The translations under genes and the position numbers were made by a program. The notes under the pieces were generated by a model that was given only the letters and a program-made list of their open reading frames with translations, ran no database searches and was not told where the DNA came from. 64,000 nt of DNA from Patescibacteria group bacterium (GTDB lineage Bacteria; Patescibacteriota; Patescibacteriia; Magasanikbacterales; GWA2-37-8), in contig JBAZKA010000003.1 in NCBI GenBank assembly GCA_041651015.1, forward strand, positions 117,755 to 181,754, read 5' to 3'. Below are positions 37,297-47,841 of the stretch, in pieces; within the stretch, counting starts at the first letter, position 1; each line of letters opens with the position of its first letter.

Positions 37297-39390
37297 TTAT
37301 TGTTGTTTGTTGTTTGATTGAACGTTCACGGCCGGAACCACTTCAGCTTTTTTGTGTCCATAGAACATCCAGTTGGCCGTGTCGTGTCTGAAGAACCCAA
37401 ACACCCAGCGCATCAAGTTGCGCGTGACGATGACCGCGGTAAACATGGAGACGAGCACACCAAGCAACAAGGTGACAGCAAAACCTTGGACAAAGCCCGT
37501 GCCGATCCAAACCAAGAACACGCAGGAAATCATAGTGGTGATGTTGGAATCACGGATTGACGACCAAGCGCGCAAGAACGCTTCCTCGGAAGCGGCGCGC
37601 AAGCCTTTGCCAAATTGCAATTCTTCTTTCAAACGTTCAAACACCAAGACGTTCGCGTCCACAGCCATACCAATGGACAAGATGAAACCGGCAATACCTG
37701 AAAGTGTCAGGGTCGCGCCGATTAATTTAAAGATGCCCAAAGTGACGCCGGTATACACCAAGAGGGCGACCACTGAAACCAAACCGGGCAAACGATAGTA
37801 CAAAATCATGAACAAAGCCACACAAATCAAACCAATAAAACCGGCTTTAAAACTGGAATCAATGGAATCCGACCCGAGCGAAGCGTCAATTTTTTGTTGA
37901 CTAATCAACTCCACCGGTACGGGCAGCGCGCCTGAATTCAAGCGTTGAGCCAATAACTTTGCTTCATCCCATGTAAACCCGCCGCTAATCACAGCATTGC
38001 CATCGGTAATCGCAACATTCACCGTTGGTTCGCTGATTGATTCACCGTCCAAATATATTGCCACCGGCTGGCCCACGTTGCGCGTGGTAATATCGGAAAA
38101 TAATTTTGTGCCTTCAGAGTCAAATTGTAAACTCACTTGAATTTCTCCACTGGAAGAATCTTGTGTCACTTCGGCGCGCTTCAATTGCGAACCGGTCAAG
38201 CCCGTGGTTTTCCACGCATCAACCGGCGGTACAATATCTGTCGCGGTTTTTGTATCCACAAAAATTCTGGCCACCTCGTATTCTTTCGGCGTCACTTCAC
38301 CGGATTTATAAATCAAATGATAACCATACTCTGTTTCAATCGGGCCGACAATCTCACCGACTTTCGCGCTGTAAGCGGCGGTCTCAAACGCTTCAATCAT
38401 TTCACCTTTGCCAAACGTGCCTAAATCACCGCCGGTTTCCGAAGCGTTCGGTTCGGTGGAATTGCTTTTGGCCAGACTGACAAAATTTTCAGCCGTGGCC
38501 GTGGCTTTCAAAGATTCAATTTTCGCTTTGGCATCTTCTTTGCTCCATTCTTTTTCACAACCGGTCGCATCTTTATAGCAAATCAAAATATGCGAAGCTT
38601 TGACTTTTGTCTCGCCATCTCGCTCGCTAATTTTTTTGGCCAGATTCAAACCATCGGAAGTGGTAATCACGCTTTGAGAAACCGCTCCAATGGACGCTTT
38701 TGCGGCCCAGGCATATATTTCCGGATAGATCGTATCATCAATAAATCCCAATTCACCATTCTTGGCAATTGTTGAAGTAGAATCCTCACTGTATTTGGCG
38801 ACCGCGGCGAGAAAATCTTTTGTTTTATTAATTTCTTTTAACGCGGTTTTAATTTTTGTATTGGCCGCGTTGTTGTAAGCGGTTAATTGCTTCTGTTCGT
38901 CGGCGGTCAGCGAGCGGGCTGTCTCAGTATTTTGTTCTTTAAATTCCAAAACCGGGGTTTCGCCAATTAATTTAATGGCCTCGGTGACATCGGTGACGCC
39001 CGGCAATTCCACAATCACCCGATATTCATCGCCCACTCTGGAAGTTTGTACTGATGGCTCGGACACGCCCAAACCACCGCGCACACGGCGTTCAATTACA
39101 TCGCGCACGCCTTCAACCGAATCAGCTTGATCAGACGGAGCAATATCGCTCACATCGGCTTTGTACTGCAATTGCACTCCGCCCTGCAAATCCAAACCAA
39201 GATTAAAACCCTTGGCCGGCAGGGTCGGGATACCTAAATTAGTTTTGTCATTTACCCAGGAAATGCCCTTGTTGGCATAACTCGGCAAGACAACAAATAA
39301 CGAAACGACAAACAACACGGCGATTCCCGCCACTCTCCATTTGACCTGCGACCGGGTCGCGGTCTTCGCTACATTCGTAGTTTTAGCCAT
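37297..39390 (-). CDS. secD: Protein translocase subunit SecD with inserted parvulin-type PPIase domains
   Basis: LGLDLQGG, LNSGALPV, GMAVDANVL; internal KASHILI...GGDLGTFGKGEM...FETAA...ETEYGYHLI. Confidence 0.95.
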   Translation of the reverse strand: MAKTTNVAKTATRSQVKWRVAGIAVLFVVSLFVVLPSYANKGISWVNDKTNLGIPTLPAKGFNLGLDLQGGVQLQYKADVSDIAPSDQADSVEGVRDVIERRVRGGLGVSEPSVQTSRVGDEYRVIVELPGVTDVTEAIKLIGETPVLEFKEQNTETARSLTADEQKQLTAYNNAANTKIKTALKEINKTKDFLAAVAKYSEDSTSTIAKNGELGFIDDTIYPEIYAWAAKASIGAVSQSVITTSDGLNLAKKISERDGETKVKASHILICYKDATGCEKEWSKEDAKAKIESLKATATAENFVSLAKSNSTEPNASETGGDLGTFGKGEMIEAFETAAYSAKVGEIVGPIETEYGYHLIYKSGEVTPKEYEVARIFVDTKTATDIVPPVDAWKTTGLTGSQLKRAEVTQDSSSGEIQVSLQFDSEGTKLFSDITTRNVGQPVAIYLDGESISEPTVNVAITDGNAVISGGFTWDEAKLLAQRLNSGALPVPVELISQQKIDASLGSDSIDSSFKAGFIGLICVALFMILYYRLPGLVSVVALLVYTGVTLGIFKLIGATLTLSGIAGFILSIGMAVDANVLVFERLKEELQFGKGLRAASEEAFLRAWSSIRDSNITTMISCVFLVWIGTGFVQGFAVTLLLGVLVSMFTAVIVTRNLMRWVFGFFRHDTANWMFYGHKKAEVVPAVNVQSNNKQQ

Positions 39391-39464
39391 AAATTAAGAT
39401 ATTATTAGACTGATTTGTTCGCAAATATTACTAAATTAACGGAAAAAATGCAAGTGGACAAGTT

Positions 39465-39914
39465 TTACTTCCCCCGATAACGCGCCAGATATTCGCTTAC
39501 TCCCTTCAACCATCCGCCGGTAAAATAATCATCAGGATTAAAATCGTTAATATTTACCCATTCAAATTTTTCATGACTTTTACCGAGCTGAATTTCGCCA
39601 CCCAGATATTCTGCTTCATAACCAATGGCAAAAATGCGACGTTTGGCCGTTTCGCCATTTGGCAAATGTTCATCACGTTCATGCCGCATATAAACGACCG
39701 GTTCGCCAATCAGATATTCAATTTTATCGCCCAATTCTTCAAATATTTTTCTTTTAATAATATCACTAAAAGAAGCGTCAAAATCAATCTCTCTCAAACG
39801 GCCGCCTGGAAGATCCCACGATCCCCATTTATCTTTTGTAATTAAGAAATTGTTCTCTTTGTCTTTAAGAAAAACTTTTATGGCTACAAAATATAAATCC
39901 TTGTCGTGTTCCAT
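39465..39914 (-). CDS. NUDIX-family hydrolase
   Basis: WDLPGGR...KRKIFEELG degenerate Nudix box. Confidence 0.8.
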   Translation of the reverse strand: MEHDKDLYFVAIKVFLKDKENNFLITKDKWGSWDLPGGRLREIDFDASFSDIIKRKIFEELGDKIEYLIGEPVVYMRHERDEHLPNGETAKRRIFAIGYEAEYLGGEIQLGKSHEKFEWVNINDFNPDDYFTGGWLKGVSEYLARYRGK

Positions 39915-39915
39915 A

Positions 39916-42681
39916 TTATGCCCCATGACACTTTTTATATTTCAATCCACTGCCACACGGACACGGGTCATTGCGTCCGACTTCATTGCCGGCTTGGTCG
40001 CGTTTTTTGCCGACCGATACGGCCGAGTCCCCCGCTTCTTTGGGCGCGCCTTGCAAAATCATATTGCCTTTTTGCATCACGCTCGGCGCAAGCTGGATGC
40101 CGGCGCTGACTTTGTAAATAGAATAAACAACTTCTTTTTGAATCAGTGAAATCAATTCATTAAACATGTGATAAGTTTCTTTTTTGTATTCCACCAACGG
40201 GTCGCGCTGGCCATAACCGCGCAGTCCGATGCCGGTGCGCAAATAATCAATCGCCACCAAATGGTCAATCCACAAAGTATCAATGGAACGCAAAAGCATT
40301 TGTTTCTCAATTTCAATCATCAGACGCGGATCGTTCGCGGCTTTGACCAGATGTTCGTCGTATTTATTTTTCGCCAAGCCGGTCAGGTACTCAATAATTT
40401 TCGTGCGGATTTCCACTTCTTCCAATTTACCATGTGTCTCACTGCCCAAAGAATTTAATTCGTTTTTTTCATTTTCCGTCAGAGGGAAAATCGTTTGTAT
40501 GGTCTCGGTAATTTCTTTCAAATTCCAATCCACCATTTGCTCGGCATTGGTGTGGAATGAAACCACGGCTTCAATTTCTTTTTCCACCATTTCCATAATC
40601 ATCTGGCGCAGGGTTTCCGTGTCCGGTCCTAAAACCGTTCCTTCGGTCAATGAAGCCACTTCTTTATCATATTGCGCCAAAACTTTTCGGCGTTTGCCGT
40701 AAATCACTTCGCGATGCTTGTTTAATACATCGTCGTATTCAATTAAATGTTTGCGGGAATCAAAATGAAAACCTTCCACTTTGCGCTGAGCTGATTCAAT
40801 AATTTTGGTAATAGATTTTTGCTCAATCGGCATATCATCAGGCACGCGCAAAGTTTGCATGACCGAACGAATGCGGTCGCCGGCAAAAATGCGCATCAAG
40901 TCGTCTTCGGTGGAAAGGAAAAACTGGGACTCACCAGGGTCGCCTTGACGTCCGGCGCGCCCGCGCAACTGATTATCAATACGGCGGGACTCGTGGCGCT
41001 CGGAACCAATCACAAACAAACCGCCGGCTTCGCGCGCCTTGGTTCCCATTTCCGCGTCCGGCGGATTACCGCCCATAATAATATCCACGCCTCGGCCGGC
41101 CATGTTGGTGGCGAGAGTCACCGCGCCCGGCCGTCCGGCTTGAGCCACGATCTCACCTTCACGTTCATGATTTTTCGCGTTCAAAATTTCGTGCTTCACA
41201 CCCTCGCGTTCCAAATAGATGGAAAGCTGTTCATTTTTTTCCACTGAAATCGTACCAATCAAAACCGGTTGGCCCTTGGCCTGTAATTCCTTACATTTCA
41301 TGGAAATGGCTTTGAATTTTGATTCTTCGGTGCGATAAATTCTATCCGGTTGGTCAACGCGCTTGGTCGGTTTGTTGGTCGGAATGACCACCACTTCCAA
41401 ATTATAAATCTTGCCGAATTCTTCGGCTTCGGTGACAGCCGTACCGGTCATACCGGACAATTTTTTGTACATGCGGAAATAATTTTGAAAAGTCACCGTG
41501 GCCATGGTCCGGCTCTCGCGCTGAATTTTCACCCGTTCTTTGGCTTCAATCGCCTGATGCAACCCTTCGCTATAACGGCGTCCCGGCATCTTACGTCCAG
41601 TAAATTCATCCACGATAATCACTTCGCCCTGCTCCACCACATAATCGCGGTCGCGTTTGAACAGAGCTTTGGCGCGCAGAGCTTGCTCCACATGATGCAC
41701 CGTGCCCACTCCGCCTTCGGCGTAGATATTATCAATGCCGAGAGCTTTTTCCATTTTTTGAATACCGGCCTCGGTCAAAGTAGAGGCGCGCATTTTTTCA
41801 TCAACATTATAATCAACATTTTCTTCCAACCGTTCGGTCAGTTCCGCGTAATGATAATACATGTCGGCCGCTTCTTCGGCCGGAGCGGAAATAATAAGCG
41901 GGGTGCGCGCTTCATCAATTAAAATTGAGTCCACTTCATCCACGATGGCATAACTCAATTCGCGCTGAACCATTTCACCGAGCGATCCAACCATGTTGTC
42001 GCGCAAATAATCAAAACCATATTCGTTGTTGGTGCCATAAGTAATGTCCGCCGCGTAGGCCGCGGCCCGGGTGCACGGTTCCAAATAATCATATTCAATT
42101 TTATACATGCCCAAGGCGTCGCGTTTTTTATCCGGTTCGCTTCCCTCTTTCATATCCGCATCAGGCACGGCCGCGCGCGCTTCGGAATTATATTTGTAAG
42201 ACACGCCGAGCTGTTGGATGATGCCGATGGAAAGTCCAAGCGCGTCATAAATCTGACCCATCCAAACCGCGTCGCGTTTGGCCAAGTAATCGTTGACTGT
42301 CACCAGATGTACACCTTTGCCCGCGAGCGCGTTCAAATAAATCGCCAGGGTCGCGACCAAAGTCTTGCCTTCACCGGTACGCATTTCGGAAATTTGCCCG
42401 CGATGCAAGACCACACCGCCGATCAGCTGAACGTCAAAATGACGCATGCCGGTCAAGCGCTTGGAAGCTTCGCGCACAGTGGCAAAGGCTTCGGGTAAAA
42501 TATCATCAAGCGTCTCGCCTTTGGCCAAACGCTCTTTGAATTCCACGGTCTTATTTTTCAATTCTGGCCAAGACAGTTTTTGGAAGTCCGGTTCCATGGC
42601 GTTAATTTTCGCCACAATCGGTTCAATTCCTTTGACGACTTTGGCGTTCGGGTCGCCAAAAATTTTGGTAAGTAGGGACAT
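39916..42681 (-). CDS. secA: Protein translocase subunit SecA
   Basis: MRTGEGKT, DEVDSILIDEARTPLIIS, RGRAGRQGDPG, GRNDPCPCGSG. Confidence 0.98.
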   Translation of the reverse strand: MSLLTKIFGDPNAKVVKGIEPIVAKINAMEPDFQKLSWPELKNKTVEFKERLAKGETLDDILPEAFATVREASKRLTGMRHFDVQLIGGVVLHRGQISEMRTGEGKTLVATLAIYLNALAGKGVHLVTVNDYLAKRDAVWMGQIYDALGLSIGIIQQLGVSYKYNSEARAAVPDADMKEGSEPDKKRDALGMYKIEYDYLEPCTRAAAYAADITYGTNNEYGFDYLRDNMVGSLGEMVQRELSYAIVDEVDSILIDEARTPLIISAPAEEAADMYYHYAELTERLEENVDYNVDEKMRASTLTEAGIQKMEKALGIDNIYAEGGVGTVHHVEQALRAKALFKRDRDYVVEQGEVIIVDEFTGRKMPGRRYSEGLHQAIEAKERVKIQRESRTMATVTFQNYFRMYKKLSGMTGTAVTEAEEFGKIYNLEVVVIPTNKPTKRVDQPDRIYRTEESKFKAISMKCKELQAKGQPVLIGTISVEKNEQLSIYLEREGVKHEILNAKNHEREGEIVAQAGRPGAVTLATNMAGRGVDIIMGGNPPDAEMGTKAREAGGLFVIGSERHESRRIDNQLRGRAGRQGDPGESQFFLSTEDDLMRIFAGDRIRSVMQTLRVPDDMPIEQKSITKIIESAQRKVEGFHFDSRKHLIEYDDVLNKHREVIYGKRRKVLAQYDKEVASLTEGTVLGPDTETLRQMIMEMVEKEIEAVVSFHTNAEQMVDWNLKEITETIQTIFPLTENEKNELNSLGSETHGKLEEVEIRTKIIEYLTGLAKNKYDEHLVKAANDPRLMIEIEKQMLLRSIDTLWIDHLVAIDYLRTGIGLRGYGQRDPLVEYKKETYHMFNELISLIQKEVVYSIYKVSAGIQLAPSVMQKGNMILQGAPKEAGDSAVSVGKKRDQAGNEVGRNDPCPCGSGLKYKKCHGA

Positions 42682-42762
42682 GTTAAAAATTCACAAATAT
42701 ACAAAAAATTAAGCCGTTTTCGGCTTAATTACTTTATCATAAAGCGGCCTTTTTGGCAAGGT

Positions 42763-43710
42763 TTACACCAACCAAAGCCCAACCAGCACTCCCAGCAAGG
42801 CCAGGGAACGAGCAATCGCATGCTGGCGTTGCATTTTGAGCTCTACAAATACATTCAGGAGCAGGGCCAAGGTGAAAAATATAATCAAAGATAGATAAAT
42901 CATTTTGGACAAACCAAAGACCGGCTCGGTATCGCCCAGCATATTATTGGCCGCGACATACTTGCGCAAAAAAGATGTTTCCGAACCAATAACGCCATCA
43001 GCCGTGGAATTTGGAGTGGACATACCGAGAGTTCTCACTGCCAGAACTTTTTGAACAGTGGTGGTGGTCATTACATAATCGGTTCCGGCCGAAGTCAAAC
43101 TAGATGAAGCCGTGGTGCTCGCGTTTGAATCTGGAACTAATCGTGGTTGGCCAAAATGCTGTACCGCGTAAATTGTGTCATTGTTTTCATAAACGCCGTT
43201 GGCCATAGCCGTGCCGATTTCGGTAAAATCCTTATCCAGCAAATTTGCGCGATGAGTCGGACTGGCCTGCCAAGCTTTCATCATTGAACCCGCATCAAAA
43301 TAACCCATGGCCAAATTTTCTCCGGCCACTAAATAATTGTAGCCAACTTGGCTGATAAAATACGACAAATGCCGTTCGCCCGGACTGGTATGGCTGAAAT
43401 ATTTATAATATGCCATATCCTCGGCTTTGTTCACGGCCGAGGCGTCAAGCTTGGAATTTTCGGATAAAACGGGCAAATGATTTTTTACTCTGAAATTATT
43501 GGTTAAAGAAATAATTTTGTTTTGCTCCACGGCCAGGATGTCCGGCATAAGAAAAGCTTCGGCCGGCAAAAACAAAACAAAAATAACAATGATGGCTTTT
43601 ATCACCACAGCCAGCGCGCCATAAAACCAAATACGCTTGGTGCGCAAAATATGCGGTTCAAAATCATTTTCCTTGTGCGGAACAAAATATTTTTTGAATG
43701 TCTTTTTCAT
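42763..43710 (-). CDS. CAP (SCP) domain membrane protein
   Basis: KAEDMA..YFSH, AGENLA, WQASPTHRANLL, VQHFG. Confidence 0.88.
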   Translation of the reverse strand: MKKTFKKYFVPHKENDFEPHILRTKRIWFYGALAVVIKAIIVIFVLFLPAEAFLMPDILAVEQNKIISLTNNFRVKNHLPVLSENSKLDASAVNKAEDMAYYKYFSHTSPGERHLSYFISQVGYNYLVAGENLAMGYFDAGSMMKAWQASPTHRANLLDKDFTEIGTAMANGVYENNDTIYAVQHFGQPRLVPDSNASTTASSSLTSAGTDYVMTTTTVQKVLAVRTLGMSTPNSTADGVIGSETSFLRKYVAANNMLGDTEPVFGLSKMIYLSLIIFFTLALLLNVFVELKMQRQHAIARSLALLGVLVGLWLV

Positions 43711-43765
43711 AAAAATTCGTTTATACGCGAATCAATTATACAAAAATATCTAAAAGATGTAAAGA

Positions 43766-43801
43766 AATAAAAAACGGGTCATGCGCAGATGCACGCCCGT
43801 C
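43766..43801 (-). terminator. Terminator, near-identical to 44392-44427
   Basis: aataaaaaacgggtcatgcgc...tgca(c/t)gcccgtc duplicated. Confidence 0.75.
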
Positions 43802-43805
43802 AATT

Positions 43806-44282
43806 TCACACTTCCACCCGCAACCGGCAAACCGCCCTGAAAGCGGCGTTATCGCGCGCGCGCACACGTTCTCTTTCGGCACGATGCGTCCGATCAACCG
43901 GATTCGCGTCAAGCATTTTTATGACCTCACCATAACCCCGACCAACCGTTCGGACCGCCCCGCTCGTATATAATGCATTTTTCCCAAGCCTCTCCTTTGT
44001 TTCTTGCAACCACTTGTTCAATGCCTTTCGTTCACGGCGTAACCTTCTTTCCATGATGGCGCTTGCCGGAATCGCTATGGCGATGGGCATGGCGATGGTG
44101 ATAACTGCTCCTGCGAGGCCGAGCAGGTCGTAATTGTAAATGGCGACGCCCACCGCGGCGAGGACAAAGAAAGAGAGGATGAATTCAGTCGCTCGGCAAC
44201 CTGTTTTCAGGCGCGCGAGACTGGTATGTTTTTTTACAAATTCAGCCACTTCAGGAGGTGGCTTGAATTTTTTCGTATCCAT
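43806..44282 (-). CDS. Two-TM hypothetical protein
   Basis: AGAGGTGG SD; own promoter (44354-44382) and terminator. Confidence 0.7.
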   Translation of the reverse strand: MDTKKFKPPPEVAEFVKKHTSLARLKTGCRATEFILSFFVLAAVGVAIYNYDLLGLAGAVITIAMPIAIAIPASAIMERRLRRERKALNKWLQETKERLGKNALYTSGAVRTVGRGYGEVIKMLDANPVDRTHRAERERVRARDNAAFRAVCRLRVEV

Positions 44283-44447
44283 TTTGCCACCTCTTTTGTT
44301 GTTGTGGGTGTGAAAATTTTTAAGGTACTAATGATAATGCTCAAGCAAGATTAAAACTAGCACAAATACCCAAAGGGGTCAATACGAGGAAAATAAAAAA
44401 CGGGTCATGCGCGAATGCATGCCCGTCTGATTCAACCAAGCAAAGAC

Positions 44448-44879
44448 TTATGCCCACCAAGCGTCATCGTCGCCTTCTTTGAGTCCTCTCATCGCCCCGG
44501 AGAACGTCTGAAACGTATCTCGCGCAATATCCGATTCTTTTATTGCCTTTTCTTTTTCTGCTTCCGGCGCAAAGACGACGTAAGCTTGCGCTTGCCAAGC
44601 GTTGAACAGCAGTTCAAATCGTGTCGTCGTACACCAATCGGTAAAATCCCGTTTGATTTCTTTTTGACGCGAACTGCAAATCGATACAAATAACGCGCAA
44701 ATCGCAGCTCCAAAGATGAAGCAATAGCCCGAGATAGATGTGTCCACTACAATAGCAGCTAAAAGCAGAACGGAAAATATAACGACAAAAAATATTTCCA
44801 CGTTTCTAAACAAACGGACTTGGGAATCGTTGTGCATTTTTTCGTCGTGCAGTTTCTGAATCGGATTTGTCTCGTACAT
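44448..44879 (-). CDS. Two-TM hypothetical protein
   Basis: GGGAGGA SD before MYETNP; own promoter (44937-44965) and terminator. Confidence 0.7.
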   Translation of the reverse strand: MYETNPIQKLHDEKMHNDSQVRLFRNVEIFFVVIFSVLLLAAIVVDTSISGYCFIFGAAICALFVSICSSRQKEIKRDFTDWCTTTRFELLFNAWQAQAYVVFAPEAEKEKAIKESDIARDTFQTFSGAMRGLKEGDDDAWWA

Positions 44880-44965
44880 CACATCCTCCCCGCCCAAAGG
44901 CGTTTTTTGGTTGAAATAAAAAGAGCCACTGCAAAAACAGTAGCACTTTTTCAAAATCAGGTCAA

Positions 44966-45012
44966 TCCCGACGCCCGCCTTGCGGGATCGGGATCCCGAC
45001 CTTGCGTCGGGA
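44966..45012. repeat. TCCCGAC...GTCGGGA double-hairpin element
   Basis: tcccgacgcccgccttgcgggatcggga-tcccgaccttgcgtcggga; related hairpins at 761-781 and inside the tRNA inserts. Confidence 0.7.
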
Positions 45013-45025
45013 TAATTCCTCTCGT

Positions 45026-47077
45026 TTATTTTTTATCAACCATCACTCTCGCGTCCACGATATAAGCGCCGGATTCATCTACAATAACCGGGTTCAAATC
45101 AATCTCTGAAATGGATTTTTCTTTATGCGCCAAGCGGGACAGCGAAGAAATAATTTTCGCCAACGCGTTTATGTCCAGGGATTTTTGTCCGCGCGCGCCT
45201 TTCAGGATTTGAGAAATTTTCGTTTCATTAATCATCTCCAAAGCTGTTTTTTCATCCACCGGACACAGATGCGTTACTGCGTCTTTCAAAATTTCAGTAA
45301 AGATTCCTCCGGCGCCAAATACAATCACCGGACCGAAAGACGGGTCGCGTTTTATGCCAACCACCACTTCCACGCCTTTTTTCATCGGCTGAAGGACATA
45401 ACCGTCAATGCGCGCGGACGGAATTTTTTCTTTAATCGCGTCAGACATTTCATCCCAAGCCTTTTGCGCGGACGCGAGGTCGGTGATATTTATTTTCACC
45501 GCGGAAAAATCCGTTTTGTGAATCACATCCGGCGAGACGACCTTCATGGCCCACGGGAAGGAAACTTTATTTTCATACAGAGGCAATTTATTTTTGGCTT
45601 CAATAAATTTTCCAATCACGCTCAAATCATATTTACCCAGCAAGACTCCGGCTTCATCAAAGCTCATCTGCCTGGTCGTGGAGACGGCCGTGGCGTGTTG
45701 GCTCGGCTCGGCGGACGAGGGCGGTTGTTGAGTTTTTATCTGATAAACCGCGAGCGAAGAAATCGCTTTGATTAAATCCGCCGGGTCGCGGAAGTTGCTT
45801 ATACCCGCGGACATGAAAATTTTCTCGGCCGGCGTAATGGCTTTGCCTCCGATAAAAAGCGGAATAATTATTTTTTTGTCCGAAAATTTGAGAATTGTTT
45901 CGGCGATACCGGCGACCGGCGTGACGCGCTGGGGCGTGAGCAAGACAATGATGCCAAAATCTTTTTTATCTTGAATCAAAACTTTCAAAGCCGAGTCATA
46001 ACGATCGCTCAAAGCGTCGCCGATAATATCCACCGGATTATGGCAGGAGGCGGTCGGCGGTAAAACTTTTTTCAAACTATTTTGCGTTTCATCACTCAAA
46101 TTATACAATGAGAGATTGGATGAGCCTTCAATCAAATCCGCAGTGATAATTGACGGTCCCCCGCCATTGGTAAGGATTACCCACTCCGAGGGCAAACGCT
46201 TTGGATGTGCGAGAGACAATTGCACCGCGTTCAGCATTTCTTCCAGAGAATCAACCGCGATGACGCCAGTCTCGCGACAAGCGGTGCGGAAAATTTCATA
46301 CGATGGCGCCAAGGAACCCGTGTGCGAAGATATAGCCTTGGCTCCCCGTTCGCTTCGTCCGGCTTTAATTACAATAATCGGTTTCACGCGCGAGATCTTT
46401 TTCGCCGTTTCCACGAATTGCTTGCCGTCGCTCAAACCTTCCAGATACATTACAATCACATCCGTATTTTTATCCTCGCCAAAAAATTTCAAGAAATCCA
46501 CTTCAGTCGCGCCAGCCGCGTTACCGAGCGACACAAATTTAGAAAATCCAATTTTTTGTTCAGTCGCCCAATCCAACAGCGCCGTACCCAAAGCTCCAGA
46601 TTGAGAAATAAACCCAACCTTGCCTTTGAGTGGTAAATCATTGCCAAAAGCGGCGTTAAGCTCGCTTGATGTATCCATGATACCCAAACAATTCGGCCCG
46701 ACTAAATTAATATTGTATTTTTTCGCAATCGCCACGAGTTCCGCTTCTTTTTTCGCGCCTTCGGCTCCGATTTCTTTGTAACCGGCGGTAATAATTATAA
46801 CGTGCTGAATTTTTTTCTCCCCGCACTCGCGCAAAACCGCGGGCACGATTTCCGGCTTGACCGCGATCACCGCCAAATCAACATGACCGGAAATTTTCTT
46901 GACCGAGGCGAGACAGCGCAAGCTTCCGACTTTCTTGAACATCGGATTAACCGGATAAATTTTCAATTTTTTGTTCTTCTGCAAATTCGCCACAATCACG
47001 TAGCCGAGTTTTTTCTTGTCCGGCGCTGCGCCGATGACAGCCACGGATTTGGGATTAAAAAGATTTATCAGGTTCAT
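45026..47077 (-). CDS. Acetate--CoA ligase (ADP-forming), alpha-beta fusion
   Basis: FNPKSVAVIGA, GPNCLG, SQSGA, SHTGSL, NPVD, HKTD, EIDLNP. Confidence 0.93.
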   Translation of the reverse strand: MNLINLFNPKSVAVIGAAPDKKKLGYVIVANLQKNKKLKIYPVNPMFKKVGSLRCLASVKKISGHVDLAVIAVKPEIVPAVLRECGEKKIQHVIIITAGYKEIGAEGAKKEAELVAIAKKYNINLVGPNCLGIMDTSSELNAAFGNDLPLKGKVGFISQSGALGTALLDWATEQKIGFSKFVSLGNAAGATEVDFLKFFGEDKNTDVIVMYLEGLSDGKQFVETAKKISRVKPIIVIKAGRSERGAKAISSHTGSLAPSYEIFRTACRETGVIAVDSLEEMLNAVQLSLAHPKRLPSEWVILTNGGGPSIITADLIEGSSNLSLYNLSDETQNSLKKVLPPTASCHNPVDIIGDALSDRYDSALKVLIQDKKDFGIIVLLTPQRVTPVAGIAETILKFSDKKIIIPLFIGGKAITPAEKIFMSAGISNFRDPADLIKAISSLAVYQIKTQQPPSSAEPSQHATAVSTTRQMSFDEAGVLLGKYDLSVIGKFIEAKNKLPLYENKVSFPWAMKVVSPDVIHKTDFSAVKINITDLASAQKAWDEMSDAIKEKIPSARIDGYVLQPMKKGVEVVVGIKRDPSFGPVIVFGAGGIFTEILKDAVTHLCPVDEKTALEMINETKISQILKGARGQKSLDINALAKIISSLSRLAHKEKSISEIDLNPVIVDESGAYIVDARVMVDKK

Positions 47078-47841
47078 ACTTGTTCTTCAAATATTGGCTT
47101 ATCAACTTCATAAAATACTCCGGTCAAAACCTTGCCTGAATTCTCGCGGATTTTTTCCAGCGACTTCATCAAATCATTGGTCGGAAAATTTTCCAACGGC
47201 GCAATTTTATCGCGAAAATATTCACGCGTGTCGGCAAAAGAAATACACGGCTGGATGATATCCACAATGGAAAACCCTTTATGCTTTATCGCCCGCTTCA
47301 TAATTTGCTTTAGCCCCTCCGGGTCCAAGGCCCAAGCCCGAGCCACAAAAGTCGCGCCGGACACGAGCATAACCGCGAGCGGGTTCATCGGCTCTTCGGG
47401 CGCGCCAAACGGTGTAGAACGGCCTTTATAGCCCTTGGGCGAGGTCGGGGTGGTCTGACCGGTTGTCAGGCCAAAAACTTGGTTGTTGTGGACAAACAAA
47501 GTAATGTTCGTATTGCGTTTAGCCGCATGCACCAAGTGTTCAATTCCCTCGGCATAAGCATTGCCATCACCGGAAAAAGACGTCACCGTCAAATCCGGGT
47601 TAGCCAATTTAATTCCTTCGGCCGTGGCCACATCGCGTCCGTGCAAAGACATCACACTGTTCACATTTACAAAATCCGGAATCTTGCCGTGACAGCCGAT
47701 GCCGGCGGTCATTACAAATTTATCTTTGTCATAACCTTCGCCGATTAAATCATTCAAGGCATTTTTGTAGGCGGCGAGAATCATAAAATTGGTACAGCCC
47801 GGACACCAGGTATTTTTTGCTTTAGTGGAAAAATCAATCAT
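47074..47841 (-). CDS. 2-oxoacid:ferredoxin oxidoreductase beta subunit
   Basis: WCPGC, GIGCHG, HGR, GDGN...NNQVFGLTTGQ TPP motif, QPC. Confidence 0.95.
   Translation of the reverse strand: MIDFSTKAKNTWCPGCTNFMILAAYKNALNDLIGEGYDKDKFVMTAGIGCHGKIPDFVNVNSVMSLHGRDVATAEGIKLANPDLTVTSFSGDGNAYAEGIEHLVHAAKRNTNITLFVHNNQVFGLTTGQTTPTSPKGYKGRSTPFGAPEEPMNPLAVMLVSGATFVARAWALDPEGLKQIMKRAIKHKGFSIVDIIQPCISFADTREYFRDKIAPLENFPTNDLMKSLEKIRENSGKVLTGVFYEVDKPIFEEQV

Noticed and set aside
45686-45724. Degenerate CCGCCYTCGTCCGCC element in the acetyl-CoA synthetase linker
   Set aside because: Only a ~15-nt match to the tRNA D-loop insert with no intact hairpin; too weak to call.
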